Assembly: GCA_964016885.1 (NCBI GenBank)
Contig: OZ024743.1
Location: 12,338,001 to 12,402,000, forward strand
From: Eledone cirrhosa
Taxonomy: Eukaryota
Reading direction: 5' to 3'
DNA length: 64,000 bases
Below, in pieces: positions 50,400-63,960 of the stretch; position 1 is the stretch's first letter, and each line of letters starts with the position of its first letter. A program made the translations under genes and the position numbers. The notes under the pieces are model-generated. The model worked only from the letters and a program-made list of their open reading frames with translations. It did not search any database and was not told the origin of the DNA.

Positions 50400-51250
50400 T
50401 GTCATTGCTTTCTAAACCCACCACTGCTGTTGGTGTTGTTGGTTATGATGGTGGAAGGGTTGGTCATGGCAGTGTTGCTGGTGTTGTAGTTGTTGTTGGT
50501 GGGGGTGGGGGTGGGGGTGAGGGGGTGGGGGTGGGGTGAGGGGTGGGGTGGGGGTGATGGGGGGGGGGGGGGTATAAGGTCATTATAGAAATTAATTATA
50601 CTATATAGAACATCTTGCAATTTCAATAATTAAAAATCAAGAGCAATTCATTAACTCTTTCTGTCTGTCAGTCTGTCTGTCAGTCTGTCTGTCTGTTAGT
50701 CTGTCTCTTTCAATCTGTCTGTCTGTCTGTCAGTCTGTCTGTTAGTCTATTTATTACACAGCTCATTAACACTGTTTTGAAACTGCTTGGAAATATTCTA
50801 GAGTAATTAATAAGTAGAGAGAATATCTTAAATAATTAAACAATGTGGTAGGTTTTCTTTGATTGTTTTTATTTTAATCTTTGGATTAAATATTGAAGAA
50901 AAGAAAGTCATTATCTAATGGGAATGAAGGCCTTGTTGGTGATGCTGCTGGCAGTGGTGGTGGATGTTGTGGTGGTCATGAAGGTAATGATAATGAGAGG
51001 GGATGATCATGGGGATAGTGATTGCAGTGGTGATGACGGTGGCAATGATCATTGAACTGTGAACTGGTCATCATGGTATTACTGATGGTTGTGGTGGAGG
51101 TGATGTTGGTAATAAGTAGTGATGTTATTCATATTGCTTGGTAGTGATGGTACTGCTGGTGAAGGTGGTAGTGGTGAAGGTAATAAGTTGAAGTGGTTAG
51201 TGCTGGTAGTAAGTGGTAATGGTGTTAGTAGTGAGGGTGGCTGTGGTGTT
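50400..51250. repeat. Low-complexity region: G-rich (GGGGTG)n, (GTCT)n, degenerate (GGT/GAT)n
   Basis: Direct reading. Confidence 0.85.
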
Positions 51251-51618
51251 ATCTAGGACTACCATAGCCAACACTCCCCATTTGTATTTAACCAGTAGGA
51301 TGTGACTTAATAGACATATAGCTGTTATTTCAAGCAAATCAAATGAACACAGTAAGTCACCCTATATGTACGCTCATAGTAACTATAATAGTGATTATTA
51401 TCTGAATGTAATTTGGCTGTAATTGTATAGGAGGCTGTGGTTATTGTTGATATTGTTAAGCCGATGGTTATTATCAAAAGCATTCTAGGCCAACATTTTT
51501 TTTATTCAGATAAGGACACATTACATAATGTAGCCCTGATGCACTGTCTAAATCAGTGCTGGATTTAAATTTGATGAGACTCCAAGCTATATAAAACTTT
51601 AAGGCACCTTGTTAAAAA

Positions 51619-51711
51619 GTTACAGGAAAAGGTCTCAAAAAAATGATGACCAGGAGCCCCCCACCCCCACCCCCTCCTGGTCATCATTTTTGTGAGACCT
51701 TTTCTTGTAAC
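51619..51711. repeat. Short inverted repeat (about 38-bp arms, C-rich loop), MITE-like
   Basis: gttacaggaaaaggtctca...ccaggag mirrored by ctcctgg...tgagaccttttcttgtaac. Confidence 0.7.
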
Positions 51712-52008
51712 TTGTGAGGGAGGAGGAGGATATTGTGAGTATCTTCAATTAATCAAAATGATAAATAGACATACATTAAATGACGAATTGTTAGAGTGTA
51801 GGACTCTTGCAGTATTTATTTTGGCTCCCTACACTCTGAGATGAAATCCCACTGAGATCAATTTTGCCTTTTAGCCTTTTGGGGTTGATAAAATAAAGTA
51901 CCAGTCCAGGGTGGTGGATTGGCAGAATTGTTAAAGCTTCAGATAAGATACCATCCATATCTGAGAAAACCATCTTTGAAATGAAGAATCAGATAGCTTA
52001 CAACTTAA

Positions 52009-52279
52009 CCCTTTCGAGACTGCCCCTGGATTGATTCTATGATAAAACCTCACATTATAAAGGGTTCATATTTAAATGCAAAAACTTTCCAACATAATTT
52101 TATTTAAAACCTTTTTTTTTTGTCAAGTTATGTTCCAAAGATCAATTTAATAATGTCGAAGTTTAAATTTTACTAAATCTCTCTGAAATGTTTTTGAAAT
52201 TAATTTTGAAGAATTATTTTCAAAATTAATTGAAACACAAAGGCAGTGTAATTTATTGGTAAGCTTTTTCATGAAAAGG
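52009..52279. mobile_element. piggyBac-like MITE, second family
   Basis: TTAA|CCCTTTCGA ... GAAAAGG|TTAA; related 5' end near 54340. Confidence 0.55.
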
Positions 52280-53545
52280 TTAAATCAGTTATATCACAAT
52301 ATGCTCCAAAATATGCTCCAAAATAAATAATGATATGGCTATAGCTAGAATGTTGACTGGAAGCTTTAGTTAATTCCAGATAAATATAATGGATATTTAA
52401 AATATGCATGCCTGAAGTGTTGGTTCTGTGTGTGGCTCCTGGTGATCTTATTGGCTACATGTCAAGCATAAATCATGTATAATTAAGCAGAGTTGACCAG
52501 ATCTACTCAGTAACAAACAATAATAACAACAGCAACAAGTCAAAGAGGATCATCTCTATCTGATGGCATGGTAACATGCACACAGTACATTTTTAACTGA
52601 GACAACCTAGGACAAAGAGGACTCTTTAATCTTGTCAAGGATTTGACAACCTCTCTAGTATTAGCATGACAGTAAAGACACACCTACTTCACTCTATTAT
52701 GTGGATGATGTTACAAATCACATCCAGCTATAGAAACCATGCCAAATATATGAATGAGGTACAAACCTTAACCTATCTAAGAAGGCAGTAACTTTAAAAA
52801 AACATCTGACTTGGAATGTAAAAACCTATCCAACCAGTGCCAGTATGGAAACCAGATGACAGAAAATGTTAATTATGATTATGATGATGAGGAAAGATAC
52901 TTAGGATAATGTGATCCTATATAAATGATACCTGAAAATAATTGTTTCTACTTTAGGCACAAGGCCAGCAATTTAAAGGGGAAGGGAAAGTTGATTAAAT
53001 CAACCCCAGTACTTACTGGTGCTTTATTTCATTGACCCCGTATGGATGAAAGGCAAAACTAACCTGAAAATAATGCAGGACAATCATAGTTGGAATGCTG
53101 TTGATCACAGATCACCTCAATCAGGATTGAACTGGGGCTTAACTTCAGTAAAGATAAGCCAGAGAAGGAGCCTCTACACAGTTTTTTCTCTACTAGAAAT
53201 AGCATCCAATTCTCCCTCTAATCACATCCTACTGTCTTTAAAAAGAAAAGGACGGTTGATGATGCAATCCTAGATATGCAGTATCTCGAAACAAACAAAG
53301 TATCATGTTCATTGCATTTTATTATAGGTCTACTTGATAAGAATTGACCTGAAGGTAAACAACAACAAAAGCAAACAACACAAACAAATACAACACAATA
53401 AAAACACCAGTAACAACACCAAAAACACAGCAACAAAACAACACACACATGACAATATCAATACACAGCTACAATAACACATGGCCCAAAACAAAAAGTA
53501 GCAGCAGCAAATTAAATCAGAAAAATAACAAATATAAGTAATAAC

Positions 53546-53665
53546 CTGTTTGCCATGTTCAGCTGACCATATTCTCACAGATCCATCTAAAGAAGCAGAT
53601 GTAATATGGGTACCTGTTGGCAAGTATGCAACAGCACGAACAGATGTCATGTGACCACGAATAAC
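53546..53665 (-). CDS. TEP1: TEP1-like exon F (VIRGHMTSVRAVAYLPTGTHITSASLDGSVRIWSAEHGKQ), WD40
   Basis: ttcttag acceptor, CAG|gttatt donor, 120 nt, phase 0-0. Confidence 0.92.
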
Positions 53666-53734
53666 CTAAGAATAAAGGAGAAAATATAGATTATTTTCTA
53701 AACATAATAAGAAAATACCAGTTTTAGTAAAAGA

Positions 53735-54130
53735 ATTTGAGATTGAGCTGGTGGGGTTGAACTGAAAGGATGGCAGATGGCCAGACAGCATCATGATCTT
53801 CCCCTTTCATGGTGGTAAGCCCCTCATCTAGGATGCAATATGCAGCAACACTTTTTCCAGTGGCAACTTAGTGTATTCAGTGACAGACTGAGGCTTCATT
53901 GTCCAACAATCCAAAGATTGCAAGCTATTGAAGTATCAGTCACTTTCTGATTGCTTTGTCATTTAACCTGTAGTGGTGGAGACTTCCAGCATTCTTGGTT
54001 TCCATACAGCCTCCTTACATACTGCTACTGGGGTGTAGTTAACTAGATGCAGGAGTGAGGCCTACGATTTGGAATGGCTATTTCAACACGTATCCCTTGT
54101 TTTCCTCTGATGCAATGCTTTCTCCATTCT
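53735..54130 (+). mobile_element. Relic of a restriction-like-endonuclease non-LTR retrotransposon (CRE-like)
   Basis: Reads DGRWPDSIMIFPFHGGKPLI*DAICSNTF...KYQSLSD...VVETSSILG...WLFQHVSL, matching the RPD..WD..K.KY RLE pattern. Confidence 0.6.
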
Positions 54131-54701
54131 GTCCACTGGGACCAACATACCAAAGAGCATTCTCCCACACCATCCAGGCCTTTATCATTGGAGTAACAAT
54201 GATTGAGTATTCTTTCTCATATTTTTGTTGTATTTAGACTCATTGTTGTTATTAATTACTTTCATCTATTGTTCAGTATATAGCACATATAGAATCTAAA
54301 ATAAAATTTTACTTATACATAAATATCAATCATGATGATTAACCCTTTCGATATCAAAATGTCTTTGGCTTTATGTTACAAGATTGTTAGTTTTAAAGTG
54401 TTTATATTTATCTATAAACCTTCCATCATAATTTGATGTAAGAACATTCGTCAATCATCCTCCAAACCCCAACATAACGTCTATCCACCACGCTAGCATG
54501 GGTTACACAGGTCCTATTTAGAGGCAAGTTGGGTCGGGTGACCGTGTCTCACTCATATAGGAATGTTTCTGGCTGGTTTTCTATGGCTGGATGCTGTTTC
54601 TAACGCCAACCATGTTGACAGTGTGTGCTGGGTGTTTTTTGCCATGTCTTTTACACACACTTTACAGTGTGGGCTGGCTTTTTGCCGTTTCTTTTACACA
54701 T

Positions 54702-54735
<34 letters not shown>

Positions 54736-54772
54736 ACGTGTAAAAGAAATGGCATATATATATATATGTGAA

Positions 54773-54990
54773 GGCGTGTGGCTGAGTGGTTAGAGAATTG
54801 GATTCGCAATCGTAAGGTTGTGAGTTCGATTCCTGGACCAGGCGATGCGTTATGTCCTTGAGCAAGACACTTTATTTCACATTGCTCCTTCTACCTGGAG
54901 TTGCGACCGATAGATAGTATTAGCAATTGGAAAGACCAACGGAAACATTGTTCCCTCGGTCCGATTTGACGAAAGTCGATCGTTCCTTGA
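54773..54990 (+). mobile_element. tRNA-derived SINE (family also at about 61493-61690 + and 40290-40440 -)
   Basis: A box TGGCTGAGTGG, B box GTTCGATTCC (54824-54833), CORE-like segment. Confidence 0.8.
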
Positions 54991-55024
54991 GATATATATA
55001 TATAATCTTTGTCCAAGTGAGTTT

Positions 55025-55106
55025 GTTTCCTGATGAGTTCGAAGCTCGAGAATTAATCCTTGATAGGATATTTCCGAAAGCGAACAAAACCCTAAAGGGT
55101 AGAAAC
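55025..55106 (+). ncRNA. Hammerhead motif with extended stem II and a G12A core change
   Basis: GTTTC-CTGATGA-GTTCG..39 nt..CGAAC-aAAA-CCCTaaAGGG-TA-GAAAC. Confidence 0.65.
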
Positions 55107-55479
55107 GTAATCCTGGTATGTGTATATGCATTTTTTCTTCTAACTTTAATTTTATACCTAATTGTGTATGGTTGACGATATATTTAATCGATTTCTACGT
55201 GCTATTGAAATGCTGGGTAAATATTCTATGGCTGTTGATCACGAATAAATGGCTATCGTTTATTTATCTATTATTTCTTCACGGATACTTTTTAATCTTA
55301 TAGCCTGGTTTAATTGGTTTTTTTGTGTGGTTGATTATGCTAATTGGGAGAGGAAATTGAGTATATATTTTATCAAATGATTCTAAGGACATATATATAT
55401 ATGCTTAACAACAACAAAAGCAATAGAAGAAAAGAAAAAATATATAAAAATAAGAAAAGATTAAGGTATATTTCCTCAC

Positions 55480-55585
55480 AGCAACTGCAGACATTTTGTT
55501 GATGTCCCAAATCTGTAATGTAGCATCCCACAATCCAGCTACAATCAATTCCTTCTCAGGATGAAATGCCACACAATTAACTGGT
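55480..55585 (-). CDS. TEP1: TEP1-like exon E (PVNCVAFHPEKELIVAGLWDATLQIWDINKMSAVA), WD40
   Basis: ttttag acceptor, gtgagg donor, 106 nt, phase 2-0. Confidence 0.92.
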
Positions 55586-56173
55586 CTAAAATATAGAATA
55601 TAGAAAACAAATTTAAAATCTGGTCATAAGTTCAATGTGCAATAAGGAGCCACTCTATTTTTTGCTGTGTACAGTTTACTCATCTAAAGGCAGTAACTCT
55701 AAGTCAGAATTATTAAGGATTAAAGGGGACTCCACAATCTGCTTTGCTTTGTTGGTGACATGATAAAATGTACCCATTAAATTCTGTAGTGTTTAGTGGT
55801 AGGAAGGTCATCCAGATGTAGTAACCATGTCAAAAATGAATTATAATCTGTACCTTTGAGAATGTGTTTCTGCAAAATCTTATTAAGTATGTGAATTGTC
55901 AAGAAATCTATGAGGAAACAAAGTCAGAGGAGCACTAAACTGTAGTTATATTAGTTTCTTTTTTTTTTAGAATTGGCATATTAGCAGATTCATTAAAATA
56001 TCAGATAGAATGTGTTGCAGTATTCATTGAGGCTCTTTACACTAAGTTGTTCAAATCCTGTTAAGATCAACTTTGCCTTTCATCCTTTCAAAATTGATAA
56101 AATTGTACCAGTCGAGTACTGGGTTGATTCTTCCTCAATATTTCTTTCTCACTTCTGCTCTATCACACACACA

Positions 56174-56236
<63 letters not shown>

Positions 56237-56857
56237 TCTCTAGAAGAAATATGCTCTACCAGGTTTGAAATGTTCAAGATTATGTCACTTCCTCAACTCC
56301 ATCAGGAATTACAGGCCCTTACATACATGCTTTATCTCATTTCCTCAAGTAGTTACAGAAGCTCCTGTACATTCTCTGAATAAGCCATAGAAAAAAAACT
56401 GAATTTGTTTTAAGGTTTTAATCTTAACTTTCAATATAGAACAAAAAAAAAATAGAAATCTGTGAGAATGGATATCTGTCATTTCAAGCCTATAATGATC
56501 AACAAGACAGCTACAATTCTTGTGGGACAGAAAAATCATTTTGAATAACCTTACAGTACTGCCTAAGCTGAATTGGAAGAAAAGAAATTAGTGAGAATCT
56601 GGCATTGGCCACAATTCACTCAGTTTGCCTCAGGTGTCTAGCTGTTTAATGACACAAACATACAATTACAAGCAGTATGATGCCTGAAAAAGGATACCAT
56701 GCAGGTTAGTCCGTAGCTTTTATATTACAGATTCAAACATAATGTTTAGAAATCTTTGATAGTTGGTATGAAAAATATTTATAAAGTGTTCTTACAGTTT
56801 TTTTTACAGGGCTAATATGCAACTGTTTAGAAAAGTTTGAAAAAAAACATTGCTCAC

Positions 56858-57001
56858 CGTTTCATCGTAAAAGAACACATCACACTTCCTTTAGAAGCAT
56901 TCCAAATCTTCACTGTTGTGTCCCAAGAAGAAGAAGCAATAAGCTTTTGTGATGAACAACAACAACTGACCTTTCTGGTATGATCTTTCATTAAAAATAC
57001 T
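56858..57001 (-). CDS. TEP1: TEP1-like exon D (VFLMKDHTRKVSCCCSSQKLIASSSWDTTVKIWNASKGSVMCSFTMK), WD40
   Basis: catttag acceptor, gtgagc donor, 144 nt, phase 2-2. Confidence 0.92.
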
Positions 57002-57977
57002 CTAAATGACAAAAATATTGTATATGAGATCAACTTTATCACACAAAAAAATAAAGAAAAATTAAAGATAGCCAATGATATTTTAACAAGTACATCAAAA
57101 AGCTAAGGTTGCATTGTGGTTTCATTTCCCAGTTAAGTTCTTTCATTTAGTATACATCTTAATTTCTTTGTTTGGGATGAGCTGTACCTCTTGCAATGTC
57201 TGAACAATTTGTCATTTAATCAGACATAGTGTATCTTGGGTTATATTATTAGGATCCAACAAGGGAATGTGTAGACAGTCAATCAACTTGCTACAAATAG
57301 CAGCCAACTGGTACTTAGCATCTTAAAAAAGTAAAATCTCATATGTAGTTTTACATACACTGCCTTTAAAACAGATGGGATGGCTAAAGCTTGAACACCT
57401 TTGATCACAGGTTTTCAGGTTCAAAGTTGACCTAGAGGTAAACAAGAACAAAGATTACATCGTCTCATGAGTTTTTTTTTAATGGTAAGGTGTGATTTAG
57501 AGGAGTATTCCGCTTCTATTTCTAGCAGGTCAAATAACTGCTCATTATGGCTGGATTATTTTTCAGTTGGAAAGACATCTCTCTATATATTTATTTTAAA
57601 GCGCTTTAATATTTTATAGTATAAGAAAATGGATGTATAGCAAGATAGATGATAAGCATTATTATTGTCATTGTCATAGATAAAAAATATTCTCAAATAA
57701 TTGTTTCTACTTTTGGCACAAGGCCAGCAATTATCCCAGTGTATTACTGGTACTTTATTTTATCGACCCCTTAAGGATGAAAGGCAAAGTTAACCTCGGT
57801 GGGTTTTGAACTCAATCCGTAAAGGGACGTAACTGTGCTGCAAAGCATGGCGTCCGACCCTCTACCGATACTGCCAATCCACCGCCCTATTCTCAAAAAT
57901 ATTCTCAAATAATGCTTTATTTCTATTTACTTTTTAATGACACCAATTTTTTGTGGGCATAGAATTTAAAAACTTAC

Positions 57978-58102
57978 CTGAACCCATCTTCGATGTCCCA
58001 CAAACAAAGATTTGTATCAAATGAGGCACTGCACAACTGATTAGCTCCAACAAAACAAACGGAGGAAATGCTATCAGAATGTCCAATGAAATTTCGTAGC
58101 TC
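57978..58102 (-). CDS. TEP1: TEP1-like exon C (ELRNFIGHSDSISSVCFVGANQLCSASFDTNLCLWDIEDGF), WD40
   Basis: ttgcag acceptor, AG|gtaagt donor, 125 nt, GH...WD repeat. Confidence 0.92.
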
Positions 58103-58295
58103 CTGCAAGAGTCAATATTTAGAAGCAATCTTTATAGATATCTTTCAAAAGCACATTTTGTATATCTAAAAAAACAAACATTTAAAATTTATTGTTTCTG
58201 TCCATATTGCAAAGTTTTGGTGGTCTAATTCTCATCAGTCAACAATTTGGTATTTTTCTTATATCCCCGAAGATATATCTATCTACATTGTTTAA

Positions 58296-58515
58296 TCCTT
58301 TAGTATTTAAGCCAGCCATATCCGGTCACTATTCTCTTACCTCTTTCTGTTCAAACTGGCTGTAACCGGTCGCTCATACTGCTGTTAAGGTATTGTTCTC
58401 AAAATAAATAATATGAAAATCTCATAGATTCGATATTATGTGAGATATTATGTAAGATAAAGCCTTTACTGCAAAAATACAATAGTAAATATAGAGTAAT
58501 TTAAATGATAAAGGG
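58296..58515. mobile_element. piggyBac-like MITE, same family as 35173-35379
   Basis: TTAA TSD, (T)CCTTT/AAAGGG ends, homologous interior. Confidence 0.75.
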
Positions 58516-59892
58516 TTAAATGTATTCAATTATAGGTCTGCGTAATCAGTATGGCTGAGTGGTTTAAGAAGTTTACTTCACAACAGGAGATTCTGAGTTC
58601 AATCTCACTGTGTGTGTGTGAAATTGGGTAAACAGAAACTGTGTGGAAGCCCGGTGGATTGATTGTACTTATAATTCAAAGGTCTAGCCTTGTCACATAG
58701 TATGTCTTGATAAAATGAAGCACCAGTAATGCACTGGGGTCAATTTAATTAACTTTCCCCACCCCTTCAAATTTCTGGCTTTGTACCTAAAGTTAAAACA
58801 ATTATATATTAACCATAGAGAAATAAAAGATAGAGAAAGAGTTAACCCTGGTAGGATTTGAACATAGAACACAGAAACCCTTGTCTATTTACTGCAGAGG
58901 ATTTAACTTAATATTTCCTGTTTCCTGCAGCCTGCTACCATGAACTCTATAAATATAATTGCCACTTTTCATCCAAGTTGTAGATTATCTCACCATATCA
59001 CTCAAAACTACTGGTGATTCATCTCTATAACAACCTATAAGAAACGAAACTTCATTATCATCCAAGCCTTGAACTATCTTTCATGTTTTTTTTTTAATAT
59101 ATCCTTTGAACTCTGACCTAAGGGTTTCACATCATTCCTATTCTGAATTTAATTAATTCTAGCAATTCATTTAATCAGTTCATTTACTGCTTGTCTATTC
59201 ATTGATATCTAATTAATATATCAAAACTATAAAATTACAGCCACAGCAGGAGTTCCAAGGTTCTATAAAGATGTTTAAACATCGATAAATGCCTATCTAG
59301 AAAACATTGAAATGGATCAAAGAGAGTTTTCAATAGATTTCTTTGAATTAATAAATTAATTTCATAAATTATATGAAATTCAATCATTTCTTGGAATGAA
59401 AAATATTTAAAATGAAAACTTCCCTAAATTATTCCTTTTTCCTCATTTCATTACACATAAGATTAATAGACATAGTAAATATTTTGTAATTTTACATTAT
59501 ATAGTTTAAGTGAGAGGGACTGTCCCCATACCTCTTTCAAACATCTGTTACAACAAGAGAGAAAAATACACAGGAGGAGGTGGTGGTGGTGGAGGTTGAT
59601 TTACTTAATGCTTACTTTAAATTCCTGAACACTGGTGTTTAGGAGGCAAAACATAGACAGGAGCAGGGTTAGAAAACAGGGAGTTCCAGAAGGTTATTCT
59701 GAAGCAGAAGGACTGGATGAAAGGTTTTTATAAAGAAATGTTGTAGCAAGAGATACGTGAGAAGGTGACAAAGAAGAGATAAGTTAAATCGAGCTGAAGT
59801 AGATATAGAAGAGGGAGGTGGGATATAGGGAGAGAGAAAAGGCAAGTAAAGAGAAAGACAGATTGAGAAATAAAAATGTACTATTAACTTAC

Positions 59893-59988
59893 ATTGCCAG
59901 TTTGGGCATCAAACAAGTGGACTACACCATCTTCACTTCCACAAGCCAAAAGAGTGTTATCAGAAGATAGAGCAACACAGGTGGGATT
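59893..59988 (-). CDS. TEP1: TEP1-like exon B (NPTCVALSSDNTLLACGSEDGVVHLFDAQTGN), WD40
   Basis: gattacag acceptor, gtaagt donor, 96 nt, phase 0-0. Confidence 0.9.
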
Positions 59989-61174
59989 CTGTAATCAAAA
60001 TAAATTTTTAACAAAGTGACTATTAAAATCAAATTACACTAAAAACGAAATGAAGTAGAATATTCTGGTAGTCATATCAGCCATTAAAACACCACATAAT
60101 GTTCACTTTTATTTTATTAACATTTGGGTAGATGGAAACTATGCAGAAGCCCATTTGAATCAAATTAAATCGAATTGATGGACCTCTACCTGTTTCAATG
60201 ATGAGTGTTCTAATTGTTCACTCAATGGAACAGCCTTAGTCAGCCATGATCATGTGGTTGCTTCATAATCATGTATTTTTTAAGATTCATTCAGATATCT
60301 TCTACTGTAGTCAATGGTTGACTGAATCAATGTGAATGAAATTTGGAGAGCACATACTTGTGCTTGTGTGTTCGTGTTTGTGTCTTGAAATGTATTGGTT
60401 CAGAAATAAATATTGGATCAATATGATCGATAAATCTCTTGAAAATGGCACCCCAGTATAACTCTTGACTAGCTAAATCACTTATTGAATGACAGCTAAG
60501 TTGGAACACTTCAAAGGTTTTCATCAATAACTGTATATGTTGACACTTAGGATGGAATATAAACATGAGAAAAATCAACTCAAAAGCTGGCTCAAATTTC
60601 ATCCTATGCACCAACATATACAGTTAGTGACTAAATCCTTTGCAGGCAGTGCCCCCCATTAAGTTGTCAGCCAATGAGTGGAACCATTAAAAGTACAAAG
60701 GAATGCATCACAAACTAGATTTGGATGACAAAACTTTATAATCTCATCTCTGACTCATTTTTTTGTAAAACCAAAAATTTCAAATACTTATTTCATAATT
60801 TTTTGTTTATTCTAGCATAGCTACAAAGTTGACAAAAATATGTTTTACATCCTGGCACTTATACAAATTTTATTGAAGAATAACTTTTTAATATAAATTT
60901 GGTTTTTTTATATTTATATGATTTATGATTCCTTACAAAATTTTATGAAATAATATTTTTGTATTTTTTAATTAAATTTTGGAGGTGGAGCATGGACATC
61001 ATGATAGTTTTACAAAGTTTATAAGATATTTTTTAATTTCTTTATTTTAATTTTTAATTTATTGCACCCTGGCACTTCTATACAATTTATAAAATAAATC
61101 TTCCTTAGATAAAAACATAAGGAAAAGATAACAGAAAAATATAAAAATAAACTAGAATATCTTTTTTTATTTAC

Positions 61175-61331
61175 CTCAGAAAGATGATCAATCAACATGA
61201 TGCAAGCATCTTTCACAGTTGGACGATTATTCCAGTGAACATAAACCATTTTATCAAGACCTATTGCTTTCTTATGAACACTGCTGTTAGGAAGACCATT
61301 TATAGCTTGCTGCCAAGTCAGTGATGGGCAC
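61175..61331 (-). CDS. TEP1: TEP1-like exon A (CPSLTWQQAINGLPNSSVHKKAIGLDKMVYVHWNNRPTVKDACIMLIDHLSE)
   Basis: ttttcag acceptor, GAG|gtaaat donor, 157 nt; ends in phase 0, compatible with exon B. Confidence 0.85.
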
Positions 61332-61738
61332 CTGAAAATAATTATAATTTGTTTTTGGTATTATCAATATTGATTTCTATGTTAGGCACAATTTTGTAAA
61401 GATTTGTTGGGAAATGGGGAGATTGTTTCAAGACAAACAGACTTTTTGCTTATTATATATGCATATATATGTGTGTATGTGTGTGTGTATGTTCGTGGTT
61501 AGAGAATTGGATTTGCAATTGTAAGGCTGTGAGTTTGATTCCTGGACCAGACAATCCATTACATCTTTGAGCAAGACACTTTATTTCCCGTGGTTCTTTC
61601 TGCCAGAAGTTGCAACTAGTAGATAGTATCAGCAATTGAACAACTAATGGAAACATCATTTCCTTGGTCCAATTTGATGAGATCCACCCCACTCAGTAAG
61701 TGAATGAGGTCTGGGATCTTGTCAATTATATCCTTGTG

Positions 61739-63435
61739 TATCATCATCATCACCGTTTAATGTCCATTTTTCCACACTAGCATGGGTTAGATGAGTTGTC
61801 CCACAGTGAGACAAGCCAGATCAGATGACCATGTCTTGCTCATACAGAAGTGTTTCTGGCTTGGTTTCTACAGCTGGATGCCCTTCCTAACATCAACCAC
61901 ATTTACTGTGTGGACTGGGGGCTGGGGATGAGGAGATACATGGGTATTGTTGAGATAGTTCCAGTGTGGAGCACTATCTGGAGAAGGGCAGGTGTTGGGG
62001 CATGGATGGAGTGTTAGAAAATGGGAGATGCGTAGAAGGGGGAGGGATGTGGATGAAGGGTGGGATGTTAAGATGGGGGGGGTAGTGCATACAAGATGTA
62101 TGCTTCAACCTGTGCTCATGGAAAGGCATACCTTCTGTATACAGCATAATGCCAGAGATCACAATCCTGTGTCATTGCCTTCAAGAGGTGTCATTGTGCA
62201 AGGTCAGCTTTAATCACCTCATCCCAAGTCTTCCAGGGTCTTCCTACTCCATAGCTTCCATCAACTTTGAGTATTCTACACCCTTTTAAACAGCTGTCAT
62301 CCTTCATACGTATCACATGTCCATACTAATACAATCTCCTCTCATGTGCACTGCCTCTGATCCCTCTTATGCCTAATTTACTTGCAATCACTGATGCTAA
62401 AAAGAAGGTAGCATAGAAATTCCACAATGAAGGACTACTGAATGAGAAGAATGAATGGGAAGAAGGTAGTTTGCTCCAAGTTCACCTAAAAGAGGGACTA
62501 GCTGTGCAAGTCAGCAGTAGTATAGTAAGGCAATCAAGGATATGAAGACAGGCAAAGCAGCTGGGTCTTCGGGGATAGTTGCTGAGATGCTGAAAGCATC
62601 TGGAATGGTGGGTCACACCTTAACCACTCATATTGTAATCCATGTAATACAAAACGGTGTCATACTCAGTGAGTGGCATAGCAGCATGACCATCAGCTGC
62701 TACAAGGGCAAAGAAAATGGTCTGGACAGAGAAAATTATAGAGGCATCAAGTTGATTGACCAGGTCACAAAGATCACAGAAAGAATGATAGCACAGCTAA
62801 TCAGAGACCAAGTTAACCTAGATGAGATGCAGTTAAGATTTGTGCTAGGAAAAAGTACCACTGATGCCCTCTTCCTTGTGAGGCAACTGCAGAAGTACCT
62901 ATCTAAAAGCAAATCCCTTTACTTAGAGAACAAGAGAAGAAATTCTGAATCTGGAACCAAGGCCTAGAATCTAAAGGTCTTAAAGTCAACTTGGCAAAGA
63001 CCAAAATCCTAGTATGTAGAAAGGAAAACAGAGCCAAAATTCCCCCAGGGAAATGGCCTTGCTCGGTGTACAGGAATGGAGTAGATAGAAATTCTGTCCT
63101 ATACTTCAAATATAAACTATGGGTACACAAGTGATGTAGTGGGATTTCAGGTAGGTTAGCAAAGAATGCAGGTTATTGTAGAAGTGAAGTAAGTATTAAC
63201 AGCCCACAGGATACTAGCTCTTTTAAATGCCCAGAGAACTCGGTAAAAGTAGTTGATAGTTTCTGTTACCTGAGCAACCAAATTAGCAGTGAATGTGGGT
63301 ATTTCAAAAGTACTGTAGCCAGAGTGAGAACAGGATAGAGAAAGTTCAGAGAGCTACTACAGAAATATTACATATCCATTGAAGCATGTTAGCTTCATTT
63401 CCCTCCAGCCTCCACATATCATCTGCTTTTACTGC
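61739..63435. mobile_element. Older rearranged RTE relic (minus-strand 3' part, plus-strand RT part about 62380-63360)
   Basis: (CAT)n tail at 61739; ORF 62542-62967 resembles the RT N-terminus; short minus-strand RLEGNEANMLQW piece at about 63370-63430. Confidence 0.8.
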
Positions 63436-63859
63436 AACCAAACACTTCATAGTATTCTAATGTGGGACACACTCAAACTTTATAGATAACCAGTAGTGAG
63501 CAGCTGCTGAAGTAAATTCTAGCTCTAGTACTTGGTTCTTCACATTTGCAAAAATTAATGTTAGGAAAACCAGACATCTCAATTTTATTTCTTTGTTACT
63601 ATCATTTACCATACAAGCTGTTTTTACAGTAAACACAAATATTGCCAACAGGTAACTTGTAGGTAATCAATATTGTTTGCAGCCACCAGCACCAAACTTA
63701 CAAAAATAATTCATGTTTGTGATACTACATTCAATACACTTCAATACCAAAACATTAGTTAGTTTCTACAGTTAAGCCTTATCTTCTGCAGATCAACCAT
63801 CACCATCACTATTTGCCTTCAGCTAATTTAAAGCCAATCACAATTTTGTTTGTCACAGT

Positions 63860-63960
63860 GAGGCTGCCAATATAACGCCTGTTTGGCAATTTCCATTACA
63901 CACAACCACAGTACATGTCCAATCCATCACTTCCAACTTCCATTTACATTATCAGCAGGT
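63860..63960 (-). mobile_element. Highly decayed LINE C-terminal fragment
   Basis: Minus strand reads WK*WIGHVL...IAKQALYWQP, resembling the RTE/CR1-type C-terminal motif. Confidence 0.45.

Noticed and set aside
50495-50573. G-quadruplex-prone tract and proline-rich ORF 50402-50626
   Set aside because: Simple G-rich repeat with no splice-compatible or functional evidence
54773-54843. tRNA gene
   Set aside because: A/B boxes are present but there is no convincing cloverleaf, and it runs into a CORE-like SINE body found in many copies
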